NCBI RefSeq assembly: GCF_009914755.1
Contig: NC_060930.1
DNA length: 64,000 nucleotides
DNA from: the human T2T-CHM13v2.0 reference genome, Homo sapiens
Strand: one strand, 5' to 3'
Shown here in pieces: positions 41,280-54,500 of this stretch (position 1 is its first letter; every line of letters begins with the position of its first letter). The notes beneath the pieces were generated by a model. It was not told the DNA's origin. It saw only the letters and a list, made by a program, of their open reading frames with translations, and made no database searches. The position numbers were made by a program, and so were the translations under genes.

Positions 41280-44200
41280 ATCATAATTTAACATTTATTG
41301 AGGGTCAACAGCATGACTTAGTCAACATATGCAAATAAGTTATTTTAAAAATACATATTAAGCAAATAATTAAATACAATTGTGTTAACTAAATCTTCTG
41401 TTTTACTTCATTGATTTTAAATGTAAAATTGTTTCTGTCTTTTTTTATAACTTTGGTACACCAAGAAATATGAACATTCATTATATTCAAATGGATAAAG
41501 TTTTCTCAGGGAAATCATTACTCTTAGATATTATTAGCATTCACTTGAAAGTATGGAATAAATCTACAATCAGTACACATCACAGATTTTAAAAAGACCA
41601 GTGCATACACAAAGAAGAGAAGAATCTGATAAGGTGGATGAGGACAGTGATAGATTTACAAAGCTTGCAATAGCACTTGGGTTTTGCCTGGTGTTGTGAC
41701 AACGTAAAACACTATTACAATTATGTAGGGAACCATTGTTTACAGAATAGCATCAAAAGCAAAGAAAGAAACTCTTCAAGTGGACACAAATTAGCCCATT
41801 TATGAATTTTGAAACATTCCTTAATTTAAGGCAAAGTTGAATATTTTATTATAGTGAACTCTGATACATTTATGATCAACAGGCTCCAACTTTATACTTA
41901 ATAAAATGTTTACTAACTGTGTTAAAATTTATTCTTGATGGTTAGTAGACAAATCTTATTTAATTACCTAAAAATATTTTTGTCGTGTTTCTTCTTAACT
42001 GACTGTCGAAGTGATTTTTAATTCTTAAGAGAACTGAATACTACATTATTCTGTAATAAAACTTTCAACTTAATTTTGAGATACTGGAATATCCATAGTA
42101 TTTAAGTCCAGAGATTCAATATGCACAATTATACTCAGATCACAAAGTGTACTTAAACTCTATTAAGAGTAACAAAAATCATATAATTTTTCTAAATAAA
42201 GTCCACATGTTTAAACAAATAAATAAAATAAATATTTAAAGAGGATTTAACTATATTTCAATGAATTATAAACTAATAGATTATTTATACTTCTGAAGAT
42301 AACTAAAAACTATGTAAGAAAGCAAAGTATACAAGTCTTAAAGCATTATGCATAACTATTAGAATATGGGACAATTTATAGAATGTCATTATTACTTCTC
42401 ATATTACTTTATTAAAAGCACAAAATATCTATTTTTTGTATCAGTTATTAGTAATAGATATACTATCATAAAAATATGCAAAATATCCAAATATATTATT
42501 TCCTATGATTGTTATGATTGAAAAATATGAGGCCATTGTCATACAATATTTAAAATTGAAATGATTTACCAAGTCAATATAAAAATAGCCATTGAAAGAA
42601 CCTCATTTTTTTCACACAATCCAAGAGCCTAAGCTTTAATAAGATAAAAGAAGATTTTAGTAAACAAAATTATAAAATCATCTGAAGGAGTAAGATCCTA
42701 TCTCTAAGAACCATTTCCAGTCTCTTGTCCACTAGAGGAGACATTATAAAATTAATGAAACTGACACCAATGTGATGATCAGAAGAAAGAAACAATGTTT
42801 TCAAATCAATTGTCTGTTTGGTACTATTATTAGTGTGGGTGTTTTATATTCTAGTCAATCTTCTTTTGATATACTGTGGCTATGAAAACAACCTATGAAT
42901 ATCATGAGTAATCAGCACTTTTATACTAGAGGGGGAAAGCTATAAAACTCAATGAAATCAAAGTAATTTGATAATTTATGTCATCTGTGTTGAAATTGAT
43001 TTTATAAGAAAAAATGCCTAAGTATCTGTTACATGCTTATCTAGAAGTTTACACATTTTCATATCCTTTCACATATGTTTTCATGTTTGCCCTATACAAC
43101 ATCTTCTCAGATGGGCAGATCAGGGATAATTACCTTTATTTTTTAAAAAAATAAATTTAGACTCAGGAACACGCATAAATGAACACACTGAAATTAGGAT
43201 CCAGTGCTCCCACTTTATATTTCAGAAACTAAAATTCCACTCTTCTTCAAAAAGAAACCAACAGAAACATCTACTGAACTGTAAAATTTCAGAGTCCCCA
43301 GAAGCCAAAATAAATTGGAAAACATTTTCCATGCAATTATAAAGGGATTTTATTTTGAAAAGCCCAAGGAAATAAATTCTTAACCAATCTTTTTACTTAA
43401 CTGAATTCTTAACCTTAGTTTACTTATTTGACATGTGAGGGATTGAAGGATTTTCTTGATATATTTATGTCAAAAGATCTTAACTTCTGATATTAGGATT
43501 TCATACATTTAATTGCATCTCAAATTTGAAGGAGAAATCATTTAGACTTTGTTCTTGATAAAATTATTGCAAGTTCTAATTTAATTTATTACAATAAATA
43601 TAGTATTATTATATAAGAGCAATGACATGAGGGAACGACAATTAAAATTATTAGCACACTTGAGCTCTAAGAGAAGCCACATCACTTTAAATGTTTTAAG
43701 TTTAGTGTACTGTAGCATTTTTCTCAAGCAGAGTCTGGAGTGATCTATTTATGATATAACTACATAAATACAAATAAAATGCATTAACTATTTTATACCA
43801 TTATGATTTATAACACTGAAATTTCAGACCTCTTGGGAGAATGGTTGAAGTCATAATATAGTATATATCATAATATACTCTATTTTTGCTGTTATTTTCT
43901 TCATTTTAACTTTTACATATTTTTTTTCAAGCAACAGAAATAGTTTTTGCATGTATAGGATTGGGCCATCTTTATTTTTCAAATTATAATCAGTAAGGTG
44001 GTGTTAAAACCACAAATCAAATAGGAATATGTCTACCAGTTACCCTGGATCATTGTCTTATTCCCAGCAATCTTCAGCATGTCCCCTGATGTAATTAAAC
44101 AGTTTGTGGAGTTTCCCTGTTCGGAACTGATATTCAAAGTTCAGTTACACAAAAGAAAGACCAACCCAGATTGCTGTCTCACATTCTCCCTGGCACAGAA

Positions 44201-44321
44201 AAACATGCAAGGACAGTGATAAAGAGTAATAGACTTAAAGGTTATTGTCTTCCGCCTGTCTGAATCCAGTGCTTTCCTCCGCATGTTGTTGTCTTTCTAA
44301 AGAAGATAATGTCAACCTCCT
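41280..44321 (-). other. TRDN: Probable 3' UTR / alternative last exon of the short triadin isoform (3' end uncertain)
   Basis: About 3 kb after the TGA with no interspersed repeat that I recognise. Several minus-strand AATAAA (plus-strand tttatt at 43971, 43585, 43135, 41294). GU/U-rich sequence follows the 41294 signal. Confidence 0.5.
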
Positions 44322-44335
44322 TCATTTTTTTTTAC
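44322..44335 (-). CDS. TRDN: Intron read-through extension GKKK-stop (alternative C-terminus, Trisk51-type isoform)
   Basis: The unspliced donor reads G-GT AAA AAA AAA TGA. The isoform name is from memory. Confidence 0.8.
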
Positions 44336-44383
44336 CTTGCTCCACTGTCTTGGTTGTTTTCTCTTCCTTCTTTCCAGGTACAG
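44336..44383 (-). CDS. TRDN: Triadin coding micro-exon (~exon 21), 48 nt: AVPGKKEEKTTKTVEQ
   Basis: Minus strand reads ctttgttttgcag|CTGTACCTGGAAAG...GTGGAGCAAG|gtaaaa. In frame with both neighbouring exons; recognised triadin peptide. Confidence 0.97.
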
Positions 44384-46299
44384 CTGCAAAACAAAGATAA
44401 GGTTTAAAGAAGAGTTCCAGACAGAAATACTGCTTCTGCTCAAAAAAAGCATTTTGGAGTTCTTTCAATGCTAAATCTTTCTTTTACACAAGTTATTTTG
44501 AAGCTTCTTAAACATTTCTCATTTCTCTATAACGCAATTGAAACCAGATTTTATATCTAAAGAATTAAAGAAAAAAGTGATAATCTTCTGCCTACATTTC
44601 TACAATTGTATCTGTTTTATTCCTTTACACTCCGCTTTGATAAACAAGCTCTACATAGAATTCCACTTGACAGGACTATGATTAATCTACTTGCATTCCA
44701 GGTTATTGCTGGAGTCATTTAGTGTCTTGTAAATGTCAACTAGATGCTCCTTTATATTCGTGCTTAACATAGCTTAATCAGCTGAAACAATAGTGTAGTC
44801 ATGCCTGAGATTCATTTAAATATTAAATGAAACCATCCCAAATCATCAGTAACCAAAAGGGGATTATTTGGGTGCTGTACCCCTTTCTCTAAGATGTTTT
44901 GCTCTCAGTGAAGTATTCACTGTTTACCTATTTACAGTAGTTGACAGTCCAAAAGTAGAACAGTACAAATGATTCATTTGGAATCGGTGCACTCCATTGA
45001 AAGAATTGATTCAAGAAAATCTTCAGAGTTCATTAGCAACCATTAAATGAAAGATTGATGAGGAACTGATTATTGCTATTGCACCCAAATATCACCCCAC
45101 ATAAAACTGAAAGAAGAAAAAATACAACTTTAAAATGAAGAAATGTGTCTGTAGCCAACTTAACCCACTGATGAAACTTAGAAACATTCATTCATATCAG
45201 GACATCCAGACATCTTTTGCTTCCTGATGAGATGCCGTGTAGCATATACAGTATCATCTCTAAAGTATTATTTCCAAGGTATCCAACTGAAATTTAGCTA
45301 AGCCAGATTTAGCTTTCAGTTTCATCAAATACAGGATGTATAGAACATTTTAAACCATATTGTGAAGAAATAATTAGACCAATCAAAAATGTCTATAAGG
45401 TAACTGGTCCTGATCTTTGTAAAAAGACAGTGTAATTAAGAAGGGAAGAAGGAAGGAGGGAGGGAGGGAAAAAAAGGAGGTGAATTTCACCTTTAATTAT
45501 ATCTGTTGAAAAAAACAGATATCCAAAAATTTGAATATGCACTGGTTAGAAAAAAATTCCCTATATTTCCAGGAAAGTAACCTATTATTTTACCCAATTA
45601 TGACCCCAAAATAGAGCAAACCATGTGACTGTGAAGCAAGGGAGATGTTAAACTAAAAGCAAATAAATATGTATGAACCTCACAGATCACACCTGTAGAT
45701 AAATCTTACATAACACAAGATATTATAGGGTAAATACCAATGAATGCTATGCTCTTTATTTTGCTGTTTTTGTTAGATTATAGTCAATATTAGGGTTAGG
45801 ACAGTGGGAAGGGGTAGGCAAGTTGGCCTTCAATGCTGAAATAAAGGCACAAGTCCCAAGATATTCCTGAGGTGACTTTCCAGAACTGATTTATTACCAG
45901 AAAAGAACTGTGCAGTTTAGCCTGAAATTATCAAATTCCCTTGAAGGGCAACCACAATTCTGGTTATTCTAAGGGATTATGTGTCCTAGAAGAAGAAGCA
46001 ATGAATGTTTTAGAGTGCACAGTCCAGTTTTGCCACTGAATTTCTGCAAAAATGAGTGCACATTATTTTACCTTGAGCCTTATTCTTTTTGTTAAAAATG
46101 CAGATAATGCTACAAGGGCTGTTTTAAGGTCTAAGTGAAAACAATTTAAGGAAATCAGCCCAGTGGCAGCCACATAACTCATTAAATAGAAGCTGTTATT
46201 ATTTTATTAACCTTTGCCTAAAACACAATCATCTCACTTTCACAGGCAAACTCCTGTTTATTCATCCAATCTTATTTTAGGGCTGTAATACATTTTCTT

Positions 46300-46650
46300 T
46301 AAAAGGCAAATTAAATCTGAAAAATAAAGAAAATTTCTATAAAAATAACATTAAAATTGTTCATAGATTAGTTAGATGTAAGTAAGGAGTAAAGGGCAAT
46401 GTAGAAATACATATCTGAAGAAATAGCCTGGAATTCATCCCAGAGAAACAAAAAGATGGAAAATATACAAGAGGTTAACAGACATAGAAGATAGAATTCA
46501 TCTTAACATACATCTAATTGAACTTATAAAATAAAAGATTAGACAGTGTGAGGAAGAAGTGATATTTGAAGAGATAATAGCTAGAACTTCTCCAGAATTT
46601 CAGGCACCAGCAATAGGACTCTGGAAGCACAAGAAATCTAAGTAGGGAAA
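46300..46650 (+). mobile_element. Old L1M/HAL1 ORF1-like fragment
   Basis: aaagatggaaaatata...atttgaagagataatagctagaacttctccagaa. Confidence 0.55.
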
Positions 46651-46779
46651 GGATGGCCTAATTTAATTAATATATTTCCCTTACATTGTAACAATAAAAT
46701 AAAATAAATAAAATAACTATTTTCTTTTAAATTGCACAAATCCTACTACTGTCTCTTAGAAAAATATCAGTCTTTCTAT

Positions 46780-48296
46780 GCAGTAGTATCACATTTTGGC
46801 TTTAATTTCAGTCTTTCCTGATACCTAATAATGCCACATGCTTTTCATATACTTATCAGCATTTAGATAACCTCTTCTGTGGAGTGCCTCTTTAGATTTT
46901 TGCCTAATTTTTTAATGTTTTTTACATTGATTTGTATGCATCTGTAATATTCTAAATGAGTCTTTTTAAATATATATATACACATACACACATATATACA
47001 TATACTGTAAATGTCTTCTTCCACTTACATTTTTTTCTCTCTGGTTTACGTTAACAGGAGTTTCAATGATAATTAAATTCAATGTATCAATCTTTCCTTT
47101 GTAACTAATGCTTTTTGTATTCTATTTAAAAAGATTTGCCTCCACCACGGTTATAAGATATTCTAAATTTTCCACATTTTTTCCTGGTAGCATTATAATT
47201 TTTAATCATTTAAATTTAGCAGTACAATCCACTGAATTATTATTTGTGTAAGGTGTGAGATAAAATTTCACTTTTTTCCTAATGGATACCACTCAGTCTT
47301 GATTACTCCTGTAGGTTTAAGATAATTCTTGATATCTACTACTACAAACCTTCCAGTTTGATCTTGTTCAGGATTGTCTTGGCTATTCTTAGACATTTGC
47401 TTTTTCATATGAAAATCGAGTCAGCTTATCAATTTAAATAAAACAATAGCAACAACAAGAAATCTGCTAGGATTTTGACTGGGATTATGATGAATTAATA
47501 GATCATTTTGAGAATTGATATCTTTACAAAATCAAGTCATCTGATTGGTGAACATAAAATATCCCTCCATTGAGTTTTGTGTTCCTTAATTTCTCAAATA
47601 TGTTAAAATGTAAGAGATCTTCAAGAACATTATGCATAATTTGTTACATTTATTTCAAGATATTTTATGGATTTGATGCTATTATATTAGAACAGCATTG
47701 TAGTCATCTTTCACTTTATTTTCCAAAGTTTTGCTCTTGATTTCTAAAGCAGTTATGTTTCATTTGACATTTTATGCAGAAAACTTGCTAGTCACTCAGT
47801 TGTAGCAATTTTCCTCTATAGATTGTTTTGATTTTTTTAAGTAGATAATCATATCATTTGTGAATAACGTGTTTTATTTCTTACTTCTCTATTTGCATAT
47901 TTATGATTTCTTTTTCTCATTTTACTGCACTGGATGGAAAACCCACTATGGTGTGTGATAGAACTGGTGATCGCAAACATCCTTATTTTGTTTTGATTAG
48001 CAGGGGGAAAACCTTTAATTTCCTCCATTAAGTATGATGTTTGCTAATGGTTTTTGCAGATGTTTTATCAGATTAAGTAAGTTTCTATTCTTGTGATGAA
48101 TTATATCAAATGTATCTACTATGATGAATATAGTTTCCTTTTATTCTGGCTAATTACATCAATTTGTATGTATTTTAATTTTTTGAGCTTGCATTTCTGA
48201 AATTAAACCAACCTGACTGCATTTTATCTTTCATCCGTACTAGCAGACTTAATCTGCTAATATTTTGTTTAGACCTATGCCTCTAGGTTTACAAGA

Positions 48297-48359
<63 letters not shown>

Positions 48360-48990
48360 CTCTACTTAAGTTTTGGTATTACAGTAATTCTAACCCCATA
48401 TAATGAGAGAATATTACCTCTTTTTCTATTCTCTGGAAAATTTGATGTAAGATTGGTGCTAATTTTTTCTTAAATGTTTGAAATAATTCACCAGTGAAAC
48501 CATCTGGCTAAAATTGAGGGAGGGGAATAGAATTACAATTATAAATTTAAAATTTTAATTTTATTAAAATGTTTTAGTTTATTGGAAAATCTTTTTATTT
48601 GCTTATTATCTATAGAATCTGTAGTGATGATCCCTTTTTATTTCTGATATTGATATTTTGTACCTTCTCTGTTTTTTCTTAATATATTTTCATAAGCATT
48701 CATAATTTTTATTGTATTTTATTGATAATAATATTTTGACTTTTCCTGTTGTACTACTTGATTTCTAAATAAATAGCTTTGGCTCTTTCATTTATTTCTC
48801 TTCCTTCTACTTTCCTTGGGTTTAATTTTATGAATTAAAAAATATTGACTTCTTAGCTGTCTTTTATTCCGCCTTTTTTCTTTTCTGATGAATGTTTCTA
48901 AAAGCATATAAATTTTATCATACATTTGTTCATTAGATCTCCAAAATCCCACTTTTTTCTTTGACTTATAGAATACTTAGAAATGTATTA
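46780..48990 (-). mobile_element. Old L1M (ORF2) fragment
   Basis: ggattgtcttggctattct...ttgactgggatt...ccattaagtatgatgtttgct...aattcaccagtgaaaccatctgg. Confidence 0.8.
48301..48352. repeat. (TA)26 microsatellite
   Basis: Uninterrupted TA run. Confidence 0.98.
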
Positions 48991-50268
48991 CTTACATTTA
49001 CCATAGCATCTAGAATTGTTCCTAACATAATAATTAATTAATATAGACTTGTTTTGTAATTAAATGTATCACTTGACAAAAGATATGTCTTGATAATAAA
49101 TATTTTCAGTTGAAAGAGAAAAGAGATCAGTTTCAATGTTAGTGGTTTTCCAGGAAAAGGAGATTTTAGGTATAGCCAATGATATATGAGGAAAGACAAA
49201 GGAGTGGGAAAGACTTAGATGTTCCTAGAGGAAGTGTAGTTTGAGCAGAGGATTTCCAGAGAGGAGATAAGGGATAGTCTAAAAATAGAGAATAGGACCA
49301 AATGCAGAAACCTTTGAAAGCCAAATTAGAGCTACACTTTACAATGTACGCTATAAGAGGTTAGTAAGATGTGTAGTGCCTGAGTCTATTCTATGAATGT
49401 TCTGTCTCAAATCAACATGGAAATGAAACACTGACAATTTGTAACTATAATAGAGCCACATAGGTAGGTATTCTTATTCATAATTCTTTTATTCAGAATA
49501 ATCATTATAAGTATGTTTAGGAAATACATATTTTTTAGTTATTTTAATTGAATCCCCTGAAGGGTAAATGTCTCAGAAAACAACTGAAGTGTGACTTACA
49601 TATAAAGACCAAGTTTTCTTTTCAACGATGGGTTCATAATTTCTGGCACACACATTAAATAGAGAAGGCTAGTCCCTTAAAGTGCTATGTTTTTTGTTGC
49701 TCAGAAAAGGTCACTGGAAATGCTGATTATCTATACAGAAAAGATAACATTTCACATAAAATGTTGATCCTTTCTTTTCTGGTTCTAATGTAAAATTCAT
49801 CAATTCTAATTCTATGAAGAGCAAACATTAGAAATAAACAGCTCATCTAAGTAAGTGAATTTTTTAACTTCTTGGAGTCAAAAGAAGACCGTCATCAGTT
49901 TCTCTTTCTATACCACAAGATATCTGGAATATCCTTTAGTGCTGAGTGAAGAAATTCTCTTTTTTCTACTTTTGTAGAAGCGTATTTTAGAAAAAAAAAT
50001 AGATTCTTATTTCACTACTTCAGAAATCAAAACTAATGTAAAGGAGACAAAGCAGCTAACACACTTGGTATGTAATGCCCAGATTAGGGCTATTCTTTAG
50101 CTAAACTGGGAGCTGGGACGTTGATTTTATGTTTTAGGCTTTTATTTCACTATTCTTCCCTACAATTTTCCTTCAGCACCCAATTCTCCAATACAATTGA
50201 CATCCCTCCCTTTTTTCTCCGTATCACCCATGGGGGCTCTGATGTATGCCCTTTATTAGCAGTATTAG

Positions 50269-50608
<340 letters not shown>

Positions 50609-51493
50609 TAAATGGAGAAGTGAGACTTACCTGGAGGAGAAGTATGCTAGAATAGTGGTGAGGAAGTGAGGAGTGGTAAGAAAATATTGTGCCGTTTGAA
50701 GTGTCCCTCATATGACACATATTACTTCGGAGAGGTAGACCTACAGCCATAGCATGATAAACTATTATTTCCAAAGATAGAATGCTATTATTTCCAAAAA
50801 TATAAGATACTGCCAGAAATATAAGAACTGTCCATGATCTATTCAGATTTTACAGGTACTGCCCCGAGAGGTCATTGACTGAAACATTGGAATAAATCAC
50901 TAATTATGAAAGAAAAAATATTGCATCAGTTTAGTCTCCAGATACATATTATGGTGGAAAGTGGAAACAGAGGTTTCTCGTCAATTCTCAGGTGATGCTA
51001 ACTACTTAATCTGTTCACAAGGCTATCACTTCCTGCTCCAATCTTCCTACAGTCTTCTAACATAGTCGGAATTATGAACATAGCATTATAGGATTGTTGT
51101 AGCATAGAAAACAAGGCATGTCTAAAGATGAAGTTGGAAAAGGATATAGGAGCCAGTTCTTGGGGCACTCTATATGCCATTTTAACAAGCTTGGATTTTT
51201 ATCTTATGGAAAACAGGGGAACAGAATATTAAATTTTAAGTGGCTTATTCAGTTTTGTGGTCTTACTAAATTATTGTGGCCATTGGGATGTTCTACTAGA
51301 TGAATATTAGTGGAATAAAAATAAAAACATGAGGGCAGCATGAGGTTATTTCAGTGGTTCTGGTAGAAGACAATGAAGGCTTGAATTAGTATGGCAGTAA
51401 TGGCTACAAATAAGAGAAAATATGCTCAAGAAACAGAAACAGTAAGTTGGAAAGAGAAAATGAGGACTTTAGGTTAAGAAAGATTGAATGTGA

Positions 51494-51807
<314 letters not shown>

Positions 51808-51818
51808 GTGAAGGGGAA

Positions 51819-51969
51819 TTTTTTTTTAATTTATTTTTTATTATTTTAAGTTCCGGGGTACAAGTGCAGGAAGCGCAGGTTTGTTACATAGGTAAACGTG
51901 TGCCATGGTGGTTTGCTGTACCTTATCAACCTATCACCTAGGTATTAAGCCCAGCATGCATTAGCTATT
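51819..51969 (-). mobile_element. L1PA (L1PA8-like) 3' end, ~150 bp
   Basis: ttttaagttccggggtac...caggtttgttacataggtaaacgtgtgccatggtggtttgctg...gcattagctatt. Confidence 0.92.
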
Positions 51970-51984
51970 GTGAAGCTGAATTTG

Positions 51985-52450
51985 AAGATATTTATTGGGC
52001 AGTTGAACATACAAGCCTGAAATTCATTAAAAAATTCTGAGATGGGGACACAGGATTGAAAAAACTTCATGATATAGGGCAGAGTTTCAACTTTGAGAGC
52101 AGATATATCTCAAAAGGAAATGGTACAGAATGAGAAGTTCAGAGGATTAATAATGAATTATGAGGAACACCAACAATCACGAGGCAACAGATGAAAGAAA
52201 AAACACAAAGAAGCCAGAAATAAAGGCCAGTCATATGGAGAGAACCAGGGGACTATATTGTCATGGTAGCCCAACAACAGAGAAGTTTGGAGAAGAGACA
52301 AAGTGATAAATGCAACTGAGAAATCTAGTAACATAAGGATGGAAGCATTCTGTTGGCTTAGCAATGATGATGTCATCAGCATTGGCTGGAGCTTCAGTGG
52401 CATGGTAGGGACAGGAGCTTAGTCTTTGTGGAAGGCCAGAGGCAGTGCTA
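51985..52450 (-). mobile_element. L2 fragment
   Basis: gggcagttgaacatacaagcctga...gaggaacaccaaca...ggagagaaccagg. Confidence 0.65.
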
Positions 52451-52500
52451 GGATTCCAGCATTCAGAAAGCTGGCTGACATGGGAAGGAGATAAAGTGGT

Positions 52501-52573
52501 AGAGAGACAGAGAGAAAGAGAGAGAGAGAGACGGAGAGAGAGAGAGAGAGAGAGAGACAGGGAGAGAGAGAGA
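52501..52573. repeat. (GA)n purine tract
   Basis: Interrupted AG dinucleotide repeat. Confidence 0.95.
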
Positions 52574-52766
52574 GGTGTAAATCAAGGAAAAGAAGTAATT
52601 TTAATCAGAGAAAAAACATTTCCAAGATGAGGAACAATGCCAGTAACAAGAAAGAGGAGGATGCCACAAAATGGTATGGATGACTGATTTGAAGGAAAAA
52701 CTGGAGAAACTGGTCCTGAAGAGAAGGAGAAACACTACCTCTGAGATTAAAAGATAGATGGATATG

Positions 52767-53353
52767 TGCCACATTTTCTTTATCCAGTCTATCATTGATG
52801 GGCATTTGGGTTGGTTCCAAGTCTTTGCTATTGTGAATAGTGCCGCAATAAACATACGTGTGCATGTGTCTTTATAGTAGAATGATTTATAATCCTTTAG
52901 GTATATATACCCAGTAATAGGATTGCCGTGTCAAACAGTATTTCTGGTTCTAGATCCTTGAGGAATTGCCACACTGTCTTCCACAATGGTTGAACACCAT
53001 AGAATACTATGCAGCCATAAAAAAACGATGAGTTCATGTCCTTTGCAGGGACATGGATGAAAGTGGAAACCATCATTCTCAGCAAACTAACACAAGAACA
53101 GAAAACCAACATTGCATGTTCTCACACATAAGTGGGAGTGGAACAATGAGAACAGGGAGGGGAACATCACACACTGGGGCCTGTCGGTGGGTGGGGGGCA
53201 AAGGGAGGGATAGCATTAGGAGAAATACCTAATGTAGATGATGGGTTGATGGGTTCAGCAAACCACCATGGCATGTGTATACCCATGTAACAAAACACGT
53301 TTTGCACATGTACCCCAGAACTTAAAGTATAATAAAAAAAAAGAGAGAGAGAG
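52767..53353 (+). mobile_element. 5'-inverted (twin-primed) L1PA: inverted 52767-52995, forward 52996-53353
   Basis: A reverse ORF2 piece (MFIAALFTIAKTWNQPKCPS) abuts forward accatagaatactatgcagcc...polyA. TSD core agatggatatg at 52756 and 53354. Confidence 0.95.
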
Positions 53354-53659
53354 AGATGGATATGGGTTAAATAAAAACACCAGCTACTATACTATTTTTT
53401 ATTCCCAGCCAACTATCTTCATCATCATTTCTCATATACTTCACTCCCTCTTTCCTCATTCAATTTGTCACCCTTTAGGGTTTTTGGATGTCACTCCCCT
53501 GAAAATTCTGTATTGAAAATTATTAATATATTATGTACCTGACAAATCCCATGACCATCACCTTCCTATTGGAAGTTTTTTTTTCTGCAGTTACTGAAGT
53601 TATTTTAGTCTGCTTTTATCTTTGATTTTCCTTGTTCTTTCCCCAAACAAATGCAAATG

Positions 53660-54500
53660 TAAATGTTACCTTATCTCATCATGACCAGACAAGCTCAGTT
53701 ACCTCCATGCAAAGGGCACCAATGTATACATCTCCAGCCTATCATTGTCTGGAGCTCTAGTTTTATTTCTAGAACCACCTATGTGATGCTACCTTCATGT
53801 GCTACTAGCACTTTGACTTAAATTTATGTAAAATTAATCTTGCCTTTTCTCTCCAAAGTCTTTAGCTTTTCTTTTTCATTGTTATTAAGAATATTAACAA
53901 TATTCTTCTGGCAGCCAGTCTGAAGAACGCTATTGTCATTAAATTATTTTTCTTTTCTTCCCTCCCAAAGCTTATCATCAGTTGTGAAATTCCACTGAAT
54001 CTACTTCTTTATTAGTGCTAACATAATCTCTCTCTCTTCCAATCTCATAACTAATGCCCTAGTCCAGGTCCTAACACTTTTCACTACATTGTTGAGAATC
54101 TTTCTAATCTGCCTATTTCAAAATTTTCCTTTATTAGTTACTCTCCCTAAAGCATATGTTTGAGTGTTATTTATATACTTACAATTTTTCATCACCTCCC
54201 TAATTGCCCATGGAATAAAGTCCAATTTTAAAACAAGGCCTTTTATGGCATTATTAGCCCAGTTTATATTAATTCCTACAATGGTCTTGAGATAATTACT
54301 GTTCCTCATATACATACTACAAATTTGTATCACTTTGCCTTGCTCTGAAATCTATGCCCAGGATATTTTTTTCTAACTCATTTACATAGCAAAACCCCAT
54401 CTCTTATTTAAGGCTTAACTCTAAAGTCATCTTCTGCCGTAAACATTGTCTTTTCCCCAGGTAAGATTAATTTTCAAACTTCCGTAGAACTTTACCTGTA
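53660..54500 (+). mobile_element. L2 fragments
   Basis: tacatctccagcc...ctccctaattgcccatggaataaagtccaa...aaggcttaactctaaagtcatcttct. Confidence 0.6.

Noticed and set aside
50762-50826. Short direct repeats ctattatttccaaa x2 and aaatataaga x2
   Set aside because: Ordinary slippage duplications with no array structure.
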